A stretch of 63,718 nucleotides of DNA, the filler included, from Rhabdomonas costata (lineage: Eukaryota): the NCBI GenBank assembly GCA_019059605.1. It is 48 parts of 48 records of this genome, joined end to end, with 100 filler letters (N's around TTAATTAATTAA, not from the genome) between each part and the next. Parts side by side here need not be neighbours in the genome. Positions count along the whole stretch, not along the records: positions 1 to 1,230 come from JAHMHO010022696.1; positions 1,331 to 2,560 come from JAHMHO010022697.1; positions 2,661 to 3,890 come from JAHMHO010022698.1; positions 3,991 to 5,220 come from JAHMHO010022699.1; positions 5,321 to 6,551 come from JAHMHO010022700.1; positions 6,652 to 7,881 come from JAHMHO010022701.1; positions 7,982 to 9,211 come from JAHMHO010022702.1; positions 9,312 to 10,541 come from JAHMHO010022703.1; 40 more parts are not named here. One strand, given 5' to 3'. A program made the position numbers and the translations under genes. Shown here one piece after another: positions 1 to 10,784 of this stretch (the first letter of the stretch is position 1; every line of letters begins with the position of its first letter). The notes under the pieces were generated by a model, which had not been told where the DNA came from, did not search any database, and was given only the letters and a program-made list of their open reading frames with translations.

Positions 1-704
1 TTCCTTCTTGATAATATCGCATAAAACACCTTCAGTGTGGTCAAGAGCATGCCAGTGTGCCAAAGAGCATGCCACCGAAGTTATCCATCACATTTCGCAG
101 CTTCGGTGCCAGTGCAGAAGATACGAAGGAGGGAAGTCTACAACCCCGCATCCTCCCAACTCGTATACAGCATGTCCTCCCTTCCAAAATGCATATAACA
201 AAAGAATAGACAAAGACGGAGTGCCGGGGTGGGGGGAAAGCGTCTGCGCCAAAACGACGCACGGCAATCAGAATTTGCCATGGCCACTACAAAACCGAAA
301 AAAGCTGAAGTCCGAACAGCATTCTGCCACAGCTGCTGAGTGCAGGCAATTGCGTGCAACAGCTAGGCAACTGGGAGAGAAGAGAGTGGGAGGCAAAAAA
401 GCCTTTGGGAGTACCCATCCCCAAAGGCTCACAGACACAGAGAACTTGGCAAGATATGCACAAGACAAAAAAAACCTTACCCGCAACGCTGAAGCATTGC
501 TCAGGAACCCGGCCGGCCAGAGAAAACGCATCAACCTGGACCATTGCCCAGGATGCATAAACGTCTTCTGGGGCTCCAAAAACCAGTGGACCAACAGCAA
601 GAAAATACATCACGGTAATCCATCGACTCACCTGCGGCACAGATCCCAACCCCACACATCATGGCAGGTGGGCGGTAGCCTTGCCATGTTCTCGAAACCG
701 CTTC
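1..704 (-). CDS. Spliced fragment of an unknown protein (exons 704-632 and 29-1) with a possible zinc-binding C-x-WDLCxxC motif
   Basis: A GT-AG join in phase gives GSGFENMARLPPTCHDVWGWDLCRRCFMRYYQEG. The donor AG|GTGAGT is strong. Confidence 0.35.
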
Positions 705-1230
705 CTACGGCATTGTTGATGTGAGGTCACTTGCAGAGAGAAGAAGGGAAAGCAATAGTCAGTGATGCGCATCTGAAAATGGAATCCGGTTTTTCCGGCC
801 CAGCATGAACAGACGAAACGCGCAGAAGTATGATCCGCGTCATCTCAAAAGGTATAGGTACGGAGAAAGAACAGACCCAAAAACCGCAAAAACACCCCCA
901 GGTGTACATACATTGACCCAGTCACCCAAACTAAAAAGTATTTTTACCACCCCTTAATAGCTTCTAAGTCCCACCATGCCACTGATTTGAACTATTTTCC
1001 GTTGCTGACGCAGTGACGAGCTGACGTGAACAATGTCGCCTAGGACGCGTTTATTTGGATACCCAGACACCTGATGCACAAAAGGGAATAATCCTAAAAT
1101 CACTGGAAAGCAAATGAACGGTTGAATTTACAGACAAACTACCTCCATTTTCGCTCTTATTGACGTTCGAAATCAGAACATCACAACTATTACCACATCG
1201 TTTGCTCACCGAACTTGATGACCCCACCCC

Positions 1231-1330
1231 NNNNNNNNNNNNNNNNNNNNNNNNNNNNNNNNNNNNNNNNNNNNTTAATTAATTAANNNNNNNNNNNNNN
1301 NNNNNNNNNNNNNNNNNNNNNNNNNNNNNN
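1231..1330. other. Artificial contig linker N44-TTAATTAATTAA-N44 (first of 47, recurring about every 1.33 kb)
   Basis: An identical 100-nt spacer with stops in all six frames separates unrelated sequences. ORFs ending in XXX/LIN are artefacts of it. Confidence 0.99.
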
Positions 1331-2060
1331 TTTGTGGAGGAGCAGTAGTAGCTGCTGTAGTCAGGATGCGCGACTGAGTCTCACTAATGGTAGCGAGGAT
1401 CCTCCCGCACTGCCAAAACAGGGGGTGTTCGACAATTAGGTGGAAAAAAATAGCGGGAAACACGAGGGGAGGGCGCGATCTCCAATATCCTGTGGGGGAG
1501 GCATCCCAAAAACGCTCCGATAAAATCGATCGAGCATCCTAACCAGCAAACATGTTAAGGCGAGCTCAATAAGAGGGAAGGAGTGGGGAAGGTGGGGCTC
1601 CAAAAAGGCGCACCGGGGGCTTAGGTTCTCCTTTCACTTGAGGAATCCCCGAGGGTTGCCGACTGAGTACGGTTACCTCTTGAGAAAGAGTATCTGAGTG
1701 AGAGTCGCACGACGGAAGCGAAGTCAAAGCTCAAGTAAATGGTGGAAGGCCGCTTTCAAAAGCGCTATTTCTTCCTAGCAGTCAGAAAAGGGGGGTCAAC
1801 TTCGAGCTGCGCTAATGACCCCTCTGCTGCTGAACCTCAAGGGCGCGGTTCTACTGAGCTGGTTCGATATTCGGTATTCTCGTCCTTTGGACATGATGGA
1901 GGACACATCCTGGATACAAGTGGAGGACCCTGGTTTTAGGTTTCAGGGGTTGTGGTTTGGGGTTCGGAGCTCGCCCAGTCTCAAGCACATTAACTTCAAC
2001 ACTGACACCCACGACAACTGTTCTTTCGGAATTGACCGCATCCACCTCCGCAACAATAAC

Positions 2061-2560
2061 CTGAAATGAACGCATGTCCAAGCAGCGCCTTGCAGGTGGG
2101 GCGCATCGAGGGCTCGCGTCTAACGCACTGCCCTACAAAGTCCCGCAGAGATGTAGGGCAGGACAGTCTGCTACGGCTGGGAAGAATTGTCTCCAAGGTA
2201 GCCTCCTGGACAGCACTCACCAGAGCCATCACGTTCGCACAGCACGTGAAGATGAGAGGGAGGGCCCCCGTGAACAACTGGACAACGACTATTCCCATAC
2301 TCCTGCAATAGCAAATAGTGATGGGGTGACAGCAGCAAACTTTGAAGCTACACCCAAACAGCTTGACTCCGCAACCGAAAACGTCGTGCGCGCCACGCGG
2401 GTGCAGGAAAGGTGCATTCATGGGCGCAAAGAGCGGTTGATGGCATGTCAACAAGCGTGAACCCCTCTTGCCAAATCAGCAAAAAAAAAGCCTGAATAGC
2501 CCTCACCCCACCTCCAGCACCAGGTCCAGAAGTGGATGCTGCTGGAAGCCCCCCGGAAAA
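2061..2560 (-). CDS. Ser/Thr protein kinase C-lobe fragment (STE/MAP2K-like), exons 2560-2512 and 2205-2061
   Basis: SLRDFVGQCVRREPSMRPTCKALLGHAFI matches kinase subdomain XI. The intron is GT-AG. Confidence 0.75.
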
Positions 2561-3003
2561 NNNNNNNNNNNNNNNNNNNNNNNNNNNNNNNNNNNNNNNN
2601 NNNNTTAATTAATTAANNNNNNNNNNNNNNNNNNNNNNNNNNNNNNNNNNNNNNNNNNNNTGTGTTGGGGTGTCCTGCTCCGGTTGAACGGTTGAACTGG
2701 TCTGATGGTCTGAATGAAATCACACTTGATTCCTCAAAATCAGGGGATACTTGTGAATCACGCTGAAGAAAAGCCACTTTTGATAAGTGATTTCCTCCAG
2801 TTATTCTGCGTCCCGCCGTTTTGTGCTGGCTTTGCGGTGTGAAGTGATACTCGGAGTTGGTGGTTAAGGTACCAATGAGAAGTTTCCTGCCCGCTAAAAG
2901 TGCTAAGTGTAAGAATGTAACAAACAGGCCAGACGACCCAAGGCGCCAGTAATTATCTTGTCACCCGGGTGGCTACCTTGGTTACACCTTTTGAGAGTTT
3001 GAG

Positions 3004-3432
3004 GCCCGCCCTTCTTCTTCTTCTTTCGCTGCTGCTCCTCCTGGAGCCATTCTCACCTCACCACCGTCCTTCGGTCAGTCCCACATTTCAGCGGAGTCGA
3101 CCAGCCCCTTGGCTTCTGAAGAAATCCGGGGACAGCCAATGCCTACTAGAGAACTGGACGCCGATGCTGTGCTTGCACGGGCAAAGTCAAAGGCAACACT
3201 GACCTTTCTCAGCATTGGAGACTGGGGCCGCAACACTCCTCAGAAGCTGATACTTGCTCAGACGATGGCGGACTGGTGTCGGCGGGCGGGGGGCTGCGGT
3301 TTTGTGGTCAGCGTTGGGGACAGCTTTTACAGCGATCCTGCAGTGGGTCATCTGACACACGGCGTGGCCTCGGTGACCGATCCTTACTGGCGGAGCTGCT
3401 TCGAGGACGTTTTCCGGCAATCTGAACTGCAG
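3004..3432 (+). CDS. Purple/tartrate-resistant acid phosphatase (calcineurin-like metallophosphoesterase) exon
   Basis: Motifs FLSIGDWG, VSVGDSFY and HGVASVTDPYW..FEDVF are present. The exon ends CAG|GT. Confidence 0.88.
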
Positions 3433-4379
3433 GTCTTTTCTGTGAAGGAGATTAAAACACACGAAACACACCCACTTGCAACACACACACTCCACCTGAC
3501 GTGAATTGTAGTAGTTCTGCAAAGGGAAATTAAAATGAGTGATAAGATTTTCTTACCTCAGGAGGAGTGACAAAACTACCCCAAGATCCGGAAGCAGCGC
3601 CACTCGGCCAACAGCATCCAAATCACAAAAATACGATCTGGAGACGATTTGAAGTCCGGCGGCTGTGGTGTGGCCACTGGATATTTTGTCTCCTTCCATT
3701 TTACTTCGAGCAACGAGGCCTCAGGGGCAGTGACTGAGCCCACAGAGCCCGCAACTATCCACCGTGACAGAACTGCCGAAGAGCCTCCAAGAAGGCTCTT
3801 TACTCGTGGTCCTCAATTGTCTCTTTCGAGACTCACAGTTTAACGATGTAACTCAGTACACAAAAAAAATGCAGTGGCCACACCACAACCNNNNNNNNNN
3901 NNNNNNNNNNNNNNNNNNNNNNNNNNNNNNNNNNTTAATTAATTAANNNNNNNNNNNNNNNNNNNNNNNNNNNNNNNNNNNNNNNNNNNNACAGTGCATG
4001 TCAAAGCTTTGACTTCCTGCAGTACACTGCATGATACAGTCTCGTAGCACTTTTCTATTGAACGTTGTAGCCACCCATTTCTCGAGGCGTTTCTCGCCAA
4101 AGTGAGAGATTTTGATATGTACTGCAAAGGGGGTTTTTACCTTACAAGCGATATCCTGGAGGGGGGTCTGCTGTGGAATGTCTGTTTAAAGGTTGCATTT
4201 GAACATCATAGTATTTGGGGACAGGTATCTTTCGCACTGAAATGACGACATGGTGACATGGTTTTTTCTCACGCGACTTTCTCGTACCAACTCAGCCTTT
4301 TCCTTCACTTCATGCATCGCATCCCCTGAATCTGTCTGCAAGATGTCTGCCGGTGTGTGAGAGGAAGCCGCTTGCCAAG

Positions 4380-4635
4380 GTTCTTCATGCCTATGGCTGC
4401 GGAGAAGGGCCTGAAAGGAGTGTACGTCGGCTGCTGTGAGCAGCTGGGGTGCCGCCCGAAGCCCCTGGTGATGGCACTGCTTCCGGAGTGCCCCCGGGAG
4501 CTTCGGGAGCTGGAACTCCGGGACCACATCGTTGGGGTGGTGGGCGTCATCCCCGTGCTGGCGGCGGTGAAAAAGGCGCCCGAGCTGACCTACCTGGGGT
4601 TGTCCGGGAATGGCCTGGACAACTCTTCCATCGAG
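4380..4635 (+). CDS. RNI-like leucine-rich repeat protein exon
   Basis: LRELELRDHIVGVVGVIPVL..PELTYLGLSGNGLDNSSIE is preceded by Y..CEQLGCRP, resembling euglenozoan LRR/calpain-like N-termini. Confidence 0.7.
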
Positions 4636-4757
4636 GTTCACGCTCCTGGATGCAGAAAGTGCGGAAAGAGGCGCCGTGTCTCAGAAGCAGTGCTCTGGAG
4701 GTCGGCGGGTAGTGGTAATAATCTTTCCACAATTACATATTTGAAAGCGGTCTGGCC

Positions 4758-4809
4758 CCGTCGCTGACTGGCCGCCGCTGACTGGCCGTCGCTGACTGGC
4801 CGCCGCTGG
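4758..4809 (+). repeat. 14-nt minisatellite CCG(T/C)CGCTGACTGG, about 3.6 copies
   Basis: Read directly; the units alternate between T and C. Confidence 0.9.
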
Positions 4810-5320
4810 CCTTTGCCCCAAAACTAATGCTGTCCTACTCGTCCTGCCATGTCCCAGCTATTGGCGAGGCCTTAGGTGGCAGCAGTTTGTAGCTACTGAG
4901 CGAAAACGGTCATCTATGGCACTGGCAAGTTAACGTAACGCCCTTACACAAAATTGAGTTTTTTGTAAGAGAGTGTGCTGGGATGTTAAACCTGCAAAAG
5001 CCAGTTTTTCTATTACCACTAATAACGCTGCCACCCAAAAAAAATTCCAGTGGGCCCCAGACGCTGCAGCCCGCTCTTCTCACCACACAGCCTCTATGAG
5101 CCGAAGAGCTCTCTCTCCCCCGTTTAACTTGATCCTGTACAATGTGTGAAGGTTTCAGTACCCCTCAGCCCCAACACAGCGTGAGCAGTGCATCCACACA
5201 CACCCAAACACACCCACCACNNNNNNNNNNNNNNNNNNNNNNNNNNNNNNNNNNNNNNNNNNNNTTAATTAATTAANNNNNNNNNNNNNNNNNNNNNNNN
5301 NNNNNNNNNNNNNNNNNNNN

Positions 5321-6551
5321 CGGCACGAGGAGCGCAGCTCAGTGTTTGATTGTCGCGTATCACTTTGTGGCACGTGGTAACAGAGGAAGTGTACGACCTA
5401 ATTTGGGCAGCGTGGGTAGTGAAGGAATCCAGTGACGCGTGGTGCACATTGAGTACAGGGTGCACCAGGAAAAGATCCGACTTCAAATTTTCAGATTCGG
5501 CCAGAAGGGCCTGTGGAATAACCACCTCCAGTGTGCGTGTAAGTTTCAGAGTTCGGCAGCAGGCGACCGAGTCCACAGAGTTCAGGGGACGGTTGATTTC
5601 AGATGGTTCGAGTTCATCTCATTCACCACCCTGAGTAGATGTCAGCCCAAATCCAGAGGTGGGTGCCGATGTCATGAAATCCGCCACCTCCTAAGTCGAG
5701 CGAAGCCACGGCAACACAGATGGAACAGCCTTTTCTAACCCAAATGGCATCCTTTTTCCAGAGCATGGAGCAGCAGCAACTGGCCAATCACGACCTTCTA
5801 CAGAAGGGAAGCCACGGTCTAGGTGCGAGTCACCTAGGTAAGTCGAGGCAGCGCCCACATTGTGCAAGCAAGGTCGGGACACAGTCCAACGCAGGAAACA
5901 TCCAGAGCCATCACCACCCCCAGCGGTAGGAGCCACGTAAGTGTTCCCGTTGGAGTGTGACACGGTGTCCCTTGGCGTCTGTTTGGCTTTGTTGGTCGGT
6001 CGTTCCTTACATTTTCATTTGCAGAAGCTGTGCCCCCAAAGGTTTTCAGATGCCAAACCGGCTTGGTGAAGGCAAGTGGTCGGCGCCCCCCCACATTTCA
6101 GAAAGGCGACACTCGAGGAAAGCAGCTCCACAGTGACCCCCGGGAAGTGAATAATGGAAGCCACGGTCTAGGTGCGAGCCACCTAGGTAAGTCGAGGCAG
6201 CGCCCACATTGTGCAAGCAAGGTCGGGATACAGTCCAACGCGAGCAGGATCCAGAGGCATCACCACCTCCAGACGTAGGAGCCACATAAGTGTTCCCGCA
6301 ATATCGTTGGAGTGTGACACGTGGTAGCAGAGGATTGTTTACGACCCGCTTTTAGCGGAACGTGCGAGGAAATTCTGCCAGCTTGAGACGTGGTAGCAGA
6401 GGGATAAGTTGAGAAAGCCCTGTGCGGCACGAGGAGCGCAGCTCAGTGTTTGATTGTCGCGTATCACTTTGTGGCACGTGGTAACAGAGGAAGTGTACGA
6501 CCTAATTTGGGCAGCGTGGGTAGTGAAGGAATCCAGTGACGCGTGGTGCAC
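5321..6551 (+). mobile_element. Internally deleted LTR retroelement assembled as a 1104-bp circular or tandem unit
   Basis: The first 127 nt equal the last 127 nt (5321-5447 = 6425-6551). The LTR is 5966-6319 (TGTC...GACA). A 5'-truncated second LTR lies at 5807-5962. A PBS starts at 6322 and a gag-like stub occupies 5720-5806. Confidence 0.75.
6322..6335 (+). promoter_or_regulatory. tRNA-iMet primer-binding site TGGTAGCAGAGGAT (further copies at 6391-6402 and 6479-6491)
   Basis: It is the reverse complement of the animal-type initiator tRNA 3' end (..AUCCUCUGCUACCA) and starts 2 nt after the LTR-terminal CA. Confidence 0.8.
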
Positions 6552-6651
6552 NNNNNNNNNNNNNNNNNNNNNNNNNNNNNNNNNNNNNNNNNNNNTTAAT
6601 TAATTAANNNNNNNNNNNNNNNNNNNNNNNNNNNNNNNNNNNNNNNNNNNN

Positions 6652-7852
6652 GTTGGGGTGTGTCGTACTTCGGTGTGGCTTTGGGTGTTGGATATGGAGC
6701 AGTGGCAGCGGCAGGGCCAGAGCTTGCCCTCCAGAGTGGTGGAGATGGGAGGGATGTCTGCGCTGAGGGTGTGTGCATGGGCGTTCACGATCACCTAGCT
6801 GACGGACAGGTATGACGTAAGACATAAGGCTTGCCTCAGGAGTTGGAAGGCACGCTTGGGCATATCGTACTGGTACGGTGCAGCCTGCAAACCATGCTTG
6901 CGGGGGAGACGTTACACTGTGCATCCGGGCGAGGAAACATTATCTTGCATGACGGACGTCTGGCGTCTGAATTTAAAGGGATAGTGTTTTCCTCCAGACT
7001 CACTCGCACCCATTTCCCAGAGCTGGATTGTGTCCCTAATACCTAATACCTGGTGTCAGTTGTGTGTGTGAATAGTGTTGGACTGTTTTCTTAGGCATTG
7101 CAATTTTCACCCGTCTTTGATAGTTATAGTCACTTGTCAGCGTAATGTGCTTTAGAGATTTATGGTGTTTACCGTTGTGTCCTCTGTATCTGTTTCTGCT
7201 GGATTCGCGTGGATATCCAGCGCCTGTTGTTTTCCTTAGGCAGCGCCCTCAAGCAGCGCCAATGGGGGGCCGCTGTGTCCCAACAGCAGCGCTGTCAGTG
7301 GGAAGTGGACCGATGATGAGGTCAGTCGACCGCCTCCCCACTTCCAGCGGGGCTTATAGTGTGCTCGCAGTACAAAGAATTTCACTCTCAGTGAAAAAAA
7401 TTAAGAGTTGTCAAGCGGCCAAAAAAAGCTGCTTCAGAAAGGAGCATGTGTGTCTCATATCTTTGCACTGGTCAAGGGCGGACAGAACCAAGTCTGCTTT
7501 GCCTTCACTTTGTCTTCACGCAGGTTGTGCTCCTGACTGGTCGGGTCCGTCTGTTGTTGTTCCCCTTGTTTTGTCTTGGGAAGACTAGAGCAATGTAAGT
7601 CAATGCGAATTCATTTGCAGCCCCGTCCTCTTTCTCTCTTGCCTTTTGTTGTGTGTGTGGTGCCCCCACATAAGATTCCCCATTACGTTCTCTGGGTATG
7701 CGGGTGTGCTGTCACTTACTTACGTACTTTTGGGCGGGATTCGAACTTCTCCACCTCCCGGTCTCGCAGGTTCGGCTGATGCTGGAATTGGATTTCCTGC
7801 ACTGCCCGTGCCCTGAACCCCCGGAGGGCAGAGGACAGTGGCTCGTCAACCA
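6652..7852 (+). CDS. Unknown multi-exon gene fragment (exons ..6809, 7240-7320, 7524-7544, 7770..)
   Basis: Phase-0 GT-AG joins give an open reading: ...HDHLADGQ|AAPSS...WTDDE|VVLLTGR|VRLMLELDFLH. Confidence 0.4.
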
Positions 7853-9451
7853 GGCTGGCTTGCCGCCCCCCACCCCCAACANNNNNNNNNNNNNNNNNNN
7901 NNNNNNNNNNNNNNNNNNNNNNNNNTTAATTAATTAANNNNNNNNNNNNNNNNNNNNNNNNNNNNNNNNNNNNNNNNNNNNGGGGTTTGTGCCTCACGCT
8001 TCGAGCTGTGAGAGAGAAGTAGCATGATGGAAGTCGGGTGATCGAGCCAACGCTAATGATGATGACTCTAGCGCCCATGCAAACAACGCACGCTCAGACT
8101 AATGACGAAGAAAGCTGAAAAGAAGGACAAGTGGACTGAAGCGTTTTGTCTCGCGGTTGAGTGGTTTAGGCCCGTCTGCGATAGCGTGAAAAAAGAGAGT
8201 CTTGCGTTCACAATGTCTAGTAAGTTTGGGTATCCTGATAGTGTTGGACGACCACTGCTGTTGAGTTCTCTGGCATTGCACTTTCTTGCGGGGGAGCGTG
8301 TCTATCGAAACTCTGTCGTTGTTTCGGATCAACTTGATCAGGAAAACGTCGAGTCCGTGGACGTTTTGACAATTTGGGCCGTATCCATCGGTCGAAGTGA
8401 AGCTTTCGAGCCGAGCGGGCGGTTCACGATTTCAGAGCATGATGGGATCTACTCCAATGAAAGAAAGCGGAACGTTGTCCCGGCACCGACTGCCAATCCG
8501 AGAGATTTATCATTGCCTCGAGCTCCTGCGGGGCTTTGCTCTCGTCAATGGGTTTGGTGTCATGAACGGTGGATGGGGAAAGAGAGATCCAGTGACGGCA
8601 TCCAACGCCGTGGCCACAACGCTCGTCATCCTGTCTGGTCCACTCGCTTCCCATTAGCAGGGTGACGAGATAAGCTTATGCGGGAAGGGCTGAGTGAAGA
8701 GCCCCCACAAGGACGTAAAAAAAAAAGAGGTATCGCAAAGCACTGGACGGCAAGATCCAATTCTTTTGGAGACCCGCAGACGTTTTGCTGTTTGGTTGGG
8801 AGTCCAAGAAAGTTCTAATGAGAGACAGGGATGCGAAGAACTTCACAGCGGTTCCTTCTCATTCCGGAAAGTCGACCATTATGACCAAGTGTAAGGATGC
8901 GACGGACGCCGAGTATCTCTTTGATGAGCACCTTGCCCTCAGCTCGCTGAGCAGTTAACGACGCGAGCAAAAACAGTTGATGCCCGAAGTTCGGATTGCG
9001 CGAGGACAACGGGAAGTTGCTACCGGAGGTCGGGTTCAGCTGGCCCAGGCGAGATCAGAAAAGAAATAAAAAAAGGCCCTCTGCCGTTTCGCACCTGCTG
9101 CATGCGATACTCAGATGGAGAGCTAAAATCACGGATAGCAGCCATGGCTGTGACCGATAGAGACTCGGTTGACATTGATGAGGGAGCAAAGGTACTGAGG
9201 GTCACCAACCCNNNNNNNNNNNNNNNNNNNNNNNNNNNNNNNNNNNNNNNNNNNNTTAATTAATTAANNNNNNNNNNNNNNNNNNNNNNNNNNNNNNNNN
9301 NNNNNNNNNNNGTAATAAAGAGGTTAACAAACCCAAAGGAAATGGCATGACGTGCTGTTATGCTATCACGCATGCTACCGCGTGCACAAAACAAAAGCAA
9401 AAAAATCGAATAAGAGAAGTTAGCAACTCTTCCCACAATTCTTCGACACAC

Positions 9452-10159
9452 CTTCTGCACTGCAATCCTGTTTTGGGAACTGAAAGTGCAAATTCCTCCA
9501 GCTTCATCCGAATTTGTGGTAGCCGGCACCCACATCAAGACGTGGGTTTGGCACGGCTGGAAAGCAGGAAACCACTTCACGGAAAGGCTTCCCACGTCTT
9601 TGAAGCCACTTTTTAAAAAGAGTTGGTACGACGCTTTGTTGTTATACGGTTCCGGGCTGTACACCGTTTCAGCCACTAGGCCACCAGGGCACTCAGCCTT
9701 GCACCTGTCCAAGAGCTTCCTTCCTACCCCCTTTCCTCTCAGGCCGCGACGCACGGCTATCTGCTGGATGTACTTCACCCTCCCCTCAGACAGAAAGCGG
9801 TGCCATTGCTCAGTCGAGAGTGCTTCCGAAAGCGCGAAAACACCCTTGTCCTCGGTCTTGTACGTATCTTGGAAGTGACTGACGGGCCCCAGGATCGCGT
9901 ATCCTGCCAGCTGTCTCCCCAAGCCATCTTTGACAACCGACGCCGTGACAATTGAACCGTGTTCTTGGGTCAAGCTGGCCTTGAAAACTTCAGCATCCAA
10001 TTCCCCCACTAGGAATCCACCGTTCGTGTCCCCTGGCACAAGCCCTTCGGTAGACTTCCTGTTGATCAAAAGAGGGCGTTGAAGCTCAATGACCTCGTTG
10101 ATCAGCATGACCACATCAGCATCGTCAAAATGAGTACAGCCCATTAGCACTTCCGCCAT
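9452..10159 (-). CDS. GNAT-family N-acetyltransferase in a single 236-codon exon
   Basis: The acetyl-CoA motif YIQQIAVRRGLRGKGVGRKLL and NNKASYQLFLKSGF are present. ATG is at 10159 and the probable donor is AAG|GTGTGT. Confidence 0.85.
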
Positions 10160-10456
10160 GGAGTTCAACAAAGCCAAAGCAAACGACACAGACAACAACG
10201 AGGACAAAGAAAATGAGGCTGGACGCTGAAAACCCAGGTTTGGCGAGGCGAGATTCGGAATGCATGCAAAACGAAACTGAAGTGCCAAGATGTGCAGAAG
10301 GGCACCGACGTCCAGCTGAATTCCTGCAGCGTACCAGCCACGAAATGGAATGAGTTCCTATCACCAATGTGAAAGAACGGAATAGCCAAAAATCGAAGAC
10401 AACGGAATGGCCCAAAAATCGCTTTTCACATACCGCCCCATGACCGTACAGCACCG

Positions 10457-10541
10457 CTATACCGTATAACGGGGTTATACGGTATAGGGGTATTTTGTCC
10501 GGGGGGGGCGTTAAGAAGGTTGTTACGTTTAACGCCCCCCC
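10457..10541. repeat. Two adjacent hairpins (14-bp arms at 10457-10487; 13-bp arms at 10502-10541), MITE-like
   Basis: Arms are CTATACCGTATAAC/GTTATACGGTATAG and GGGGGGGCGTTAA/TTAACGCCCCCCC. Confidence 0.7.
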
Positions 10542-10784
10542 NNNNNNNNNNNNNNNNNNNNNNNNNNNNNNNNNNNNNNNNNNNNTTAATTAATTAANNN
10601 NNNNNNNNNNNNNNNNNNNNNNNNNNNNNNNNNNNNNNNNNGTTTTTGTTGCATTTTTGTAAAATTTGTTTTGGGCTTGATGTATTTTTTTGGGGGGGGG
10701 CTTGAATCCCTTGGAATCCCTGAAATCCCTTGGAATATCTTCGAAAGCTGTGTTTGGAATTGTCCGGGTTCTTTTGTGCTGCAG

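Noticed and set aside
700..740. Euglenid nonconventional 3' splice site or in-frame TGA on the minus strand
   Set aside because: A canonical AG at 706-705 gives an in-phase exon without the stop.
1231..1330. Regular TTAATTAATTAA repeats as a CRISPR array or biological repeat
   Set aside because: They are embedded in N runs at fixed length and are a concatenation linker.
1388..1400. TGGTAGCGAGGAT as another PBS
   Set aside because: It has a one-base deletion, is a single copy, and no LTR homology is visible nearby.
6320..6491. PBS repeats as a CRISPR array or tRNA genes
   Set aside because: The repeats are only about 13 nt with uneven spacers, the context is eukaryotic, there are no cas genes, and no full cloverleaf forms on either strand.
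5321..6551. Kinetoplast minicircle, spliced-leader array or 5S array
   Set aside because: No GGGGTTGGTGTA block, spliced-leader or 5S sequence was recognised, and the LTR/PBS features explain the contig better.
6669..6762. Minus-strand exon opposing the plus-strand gene
   Set aside because: The same bases form an open plus-strand exon with a strong CAG|GTATGA donor in phase with downstream exons, so this is probably a shadow.
7982..9211. Long ORFs here and at 8-724, 13755-14486 and 38568-39796
   Set aside because: They have no recognisable motifs or exon-like codon bias, so I left them uncalled.
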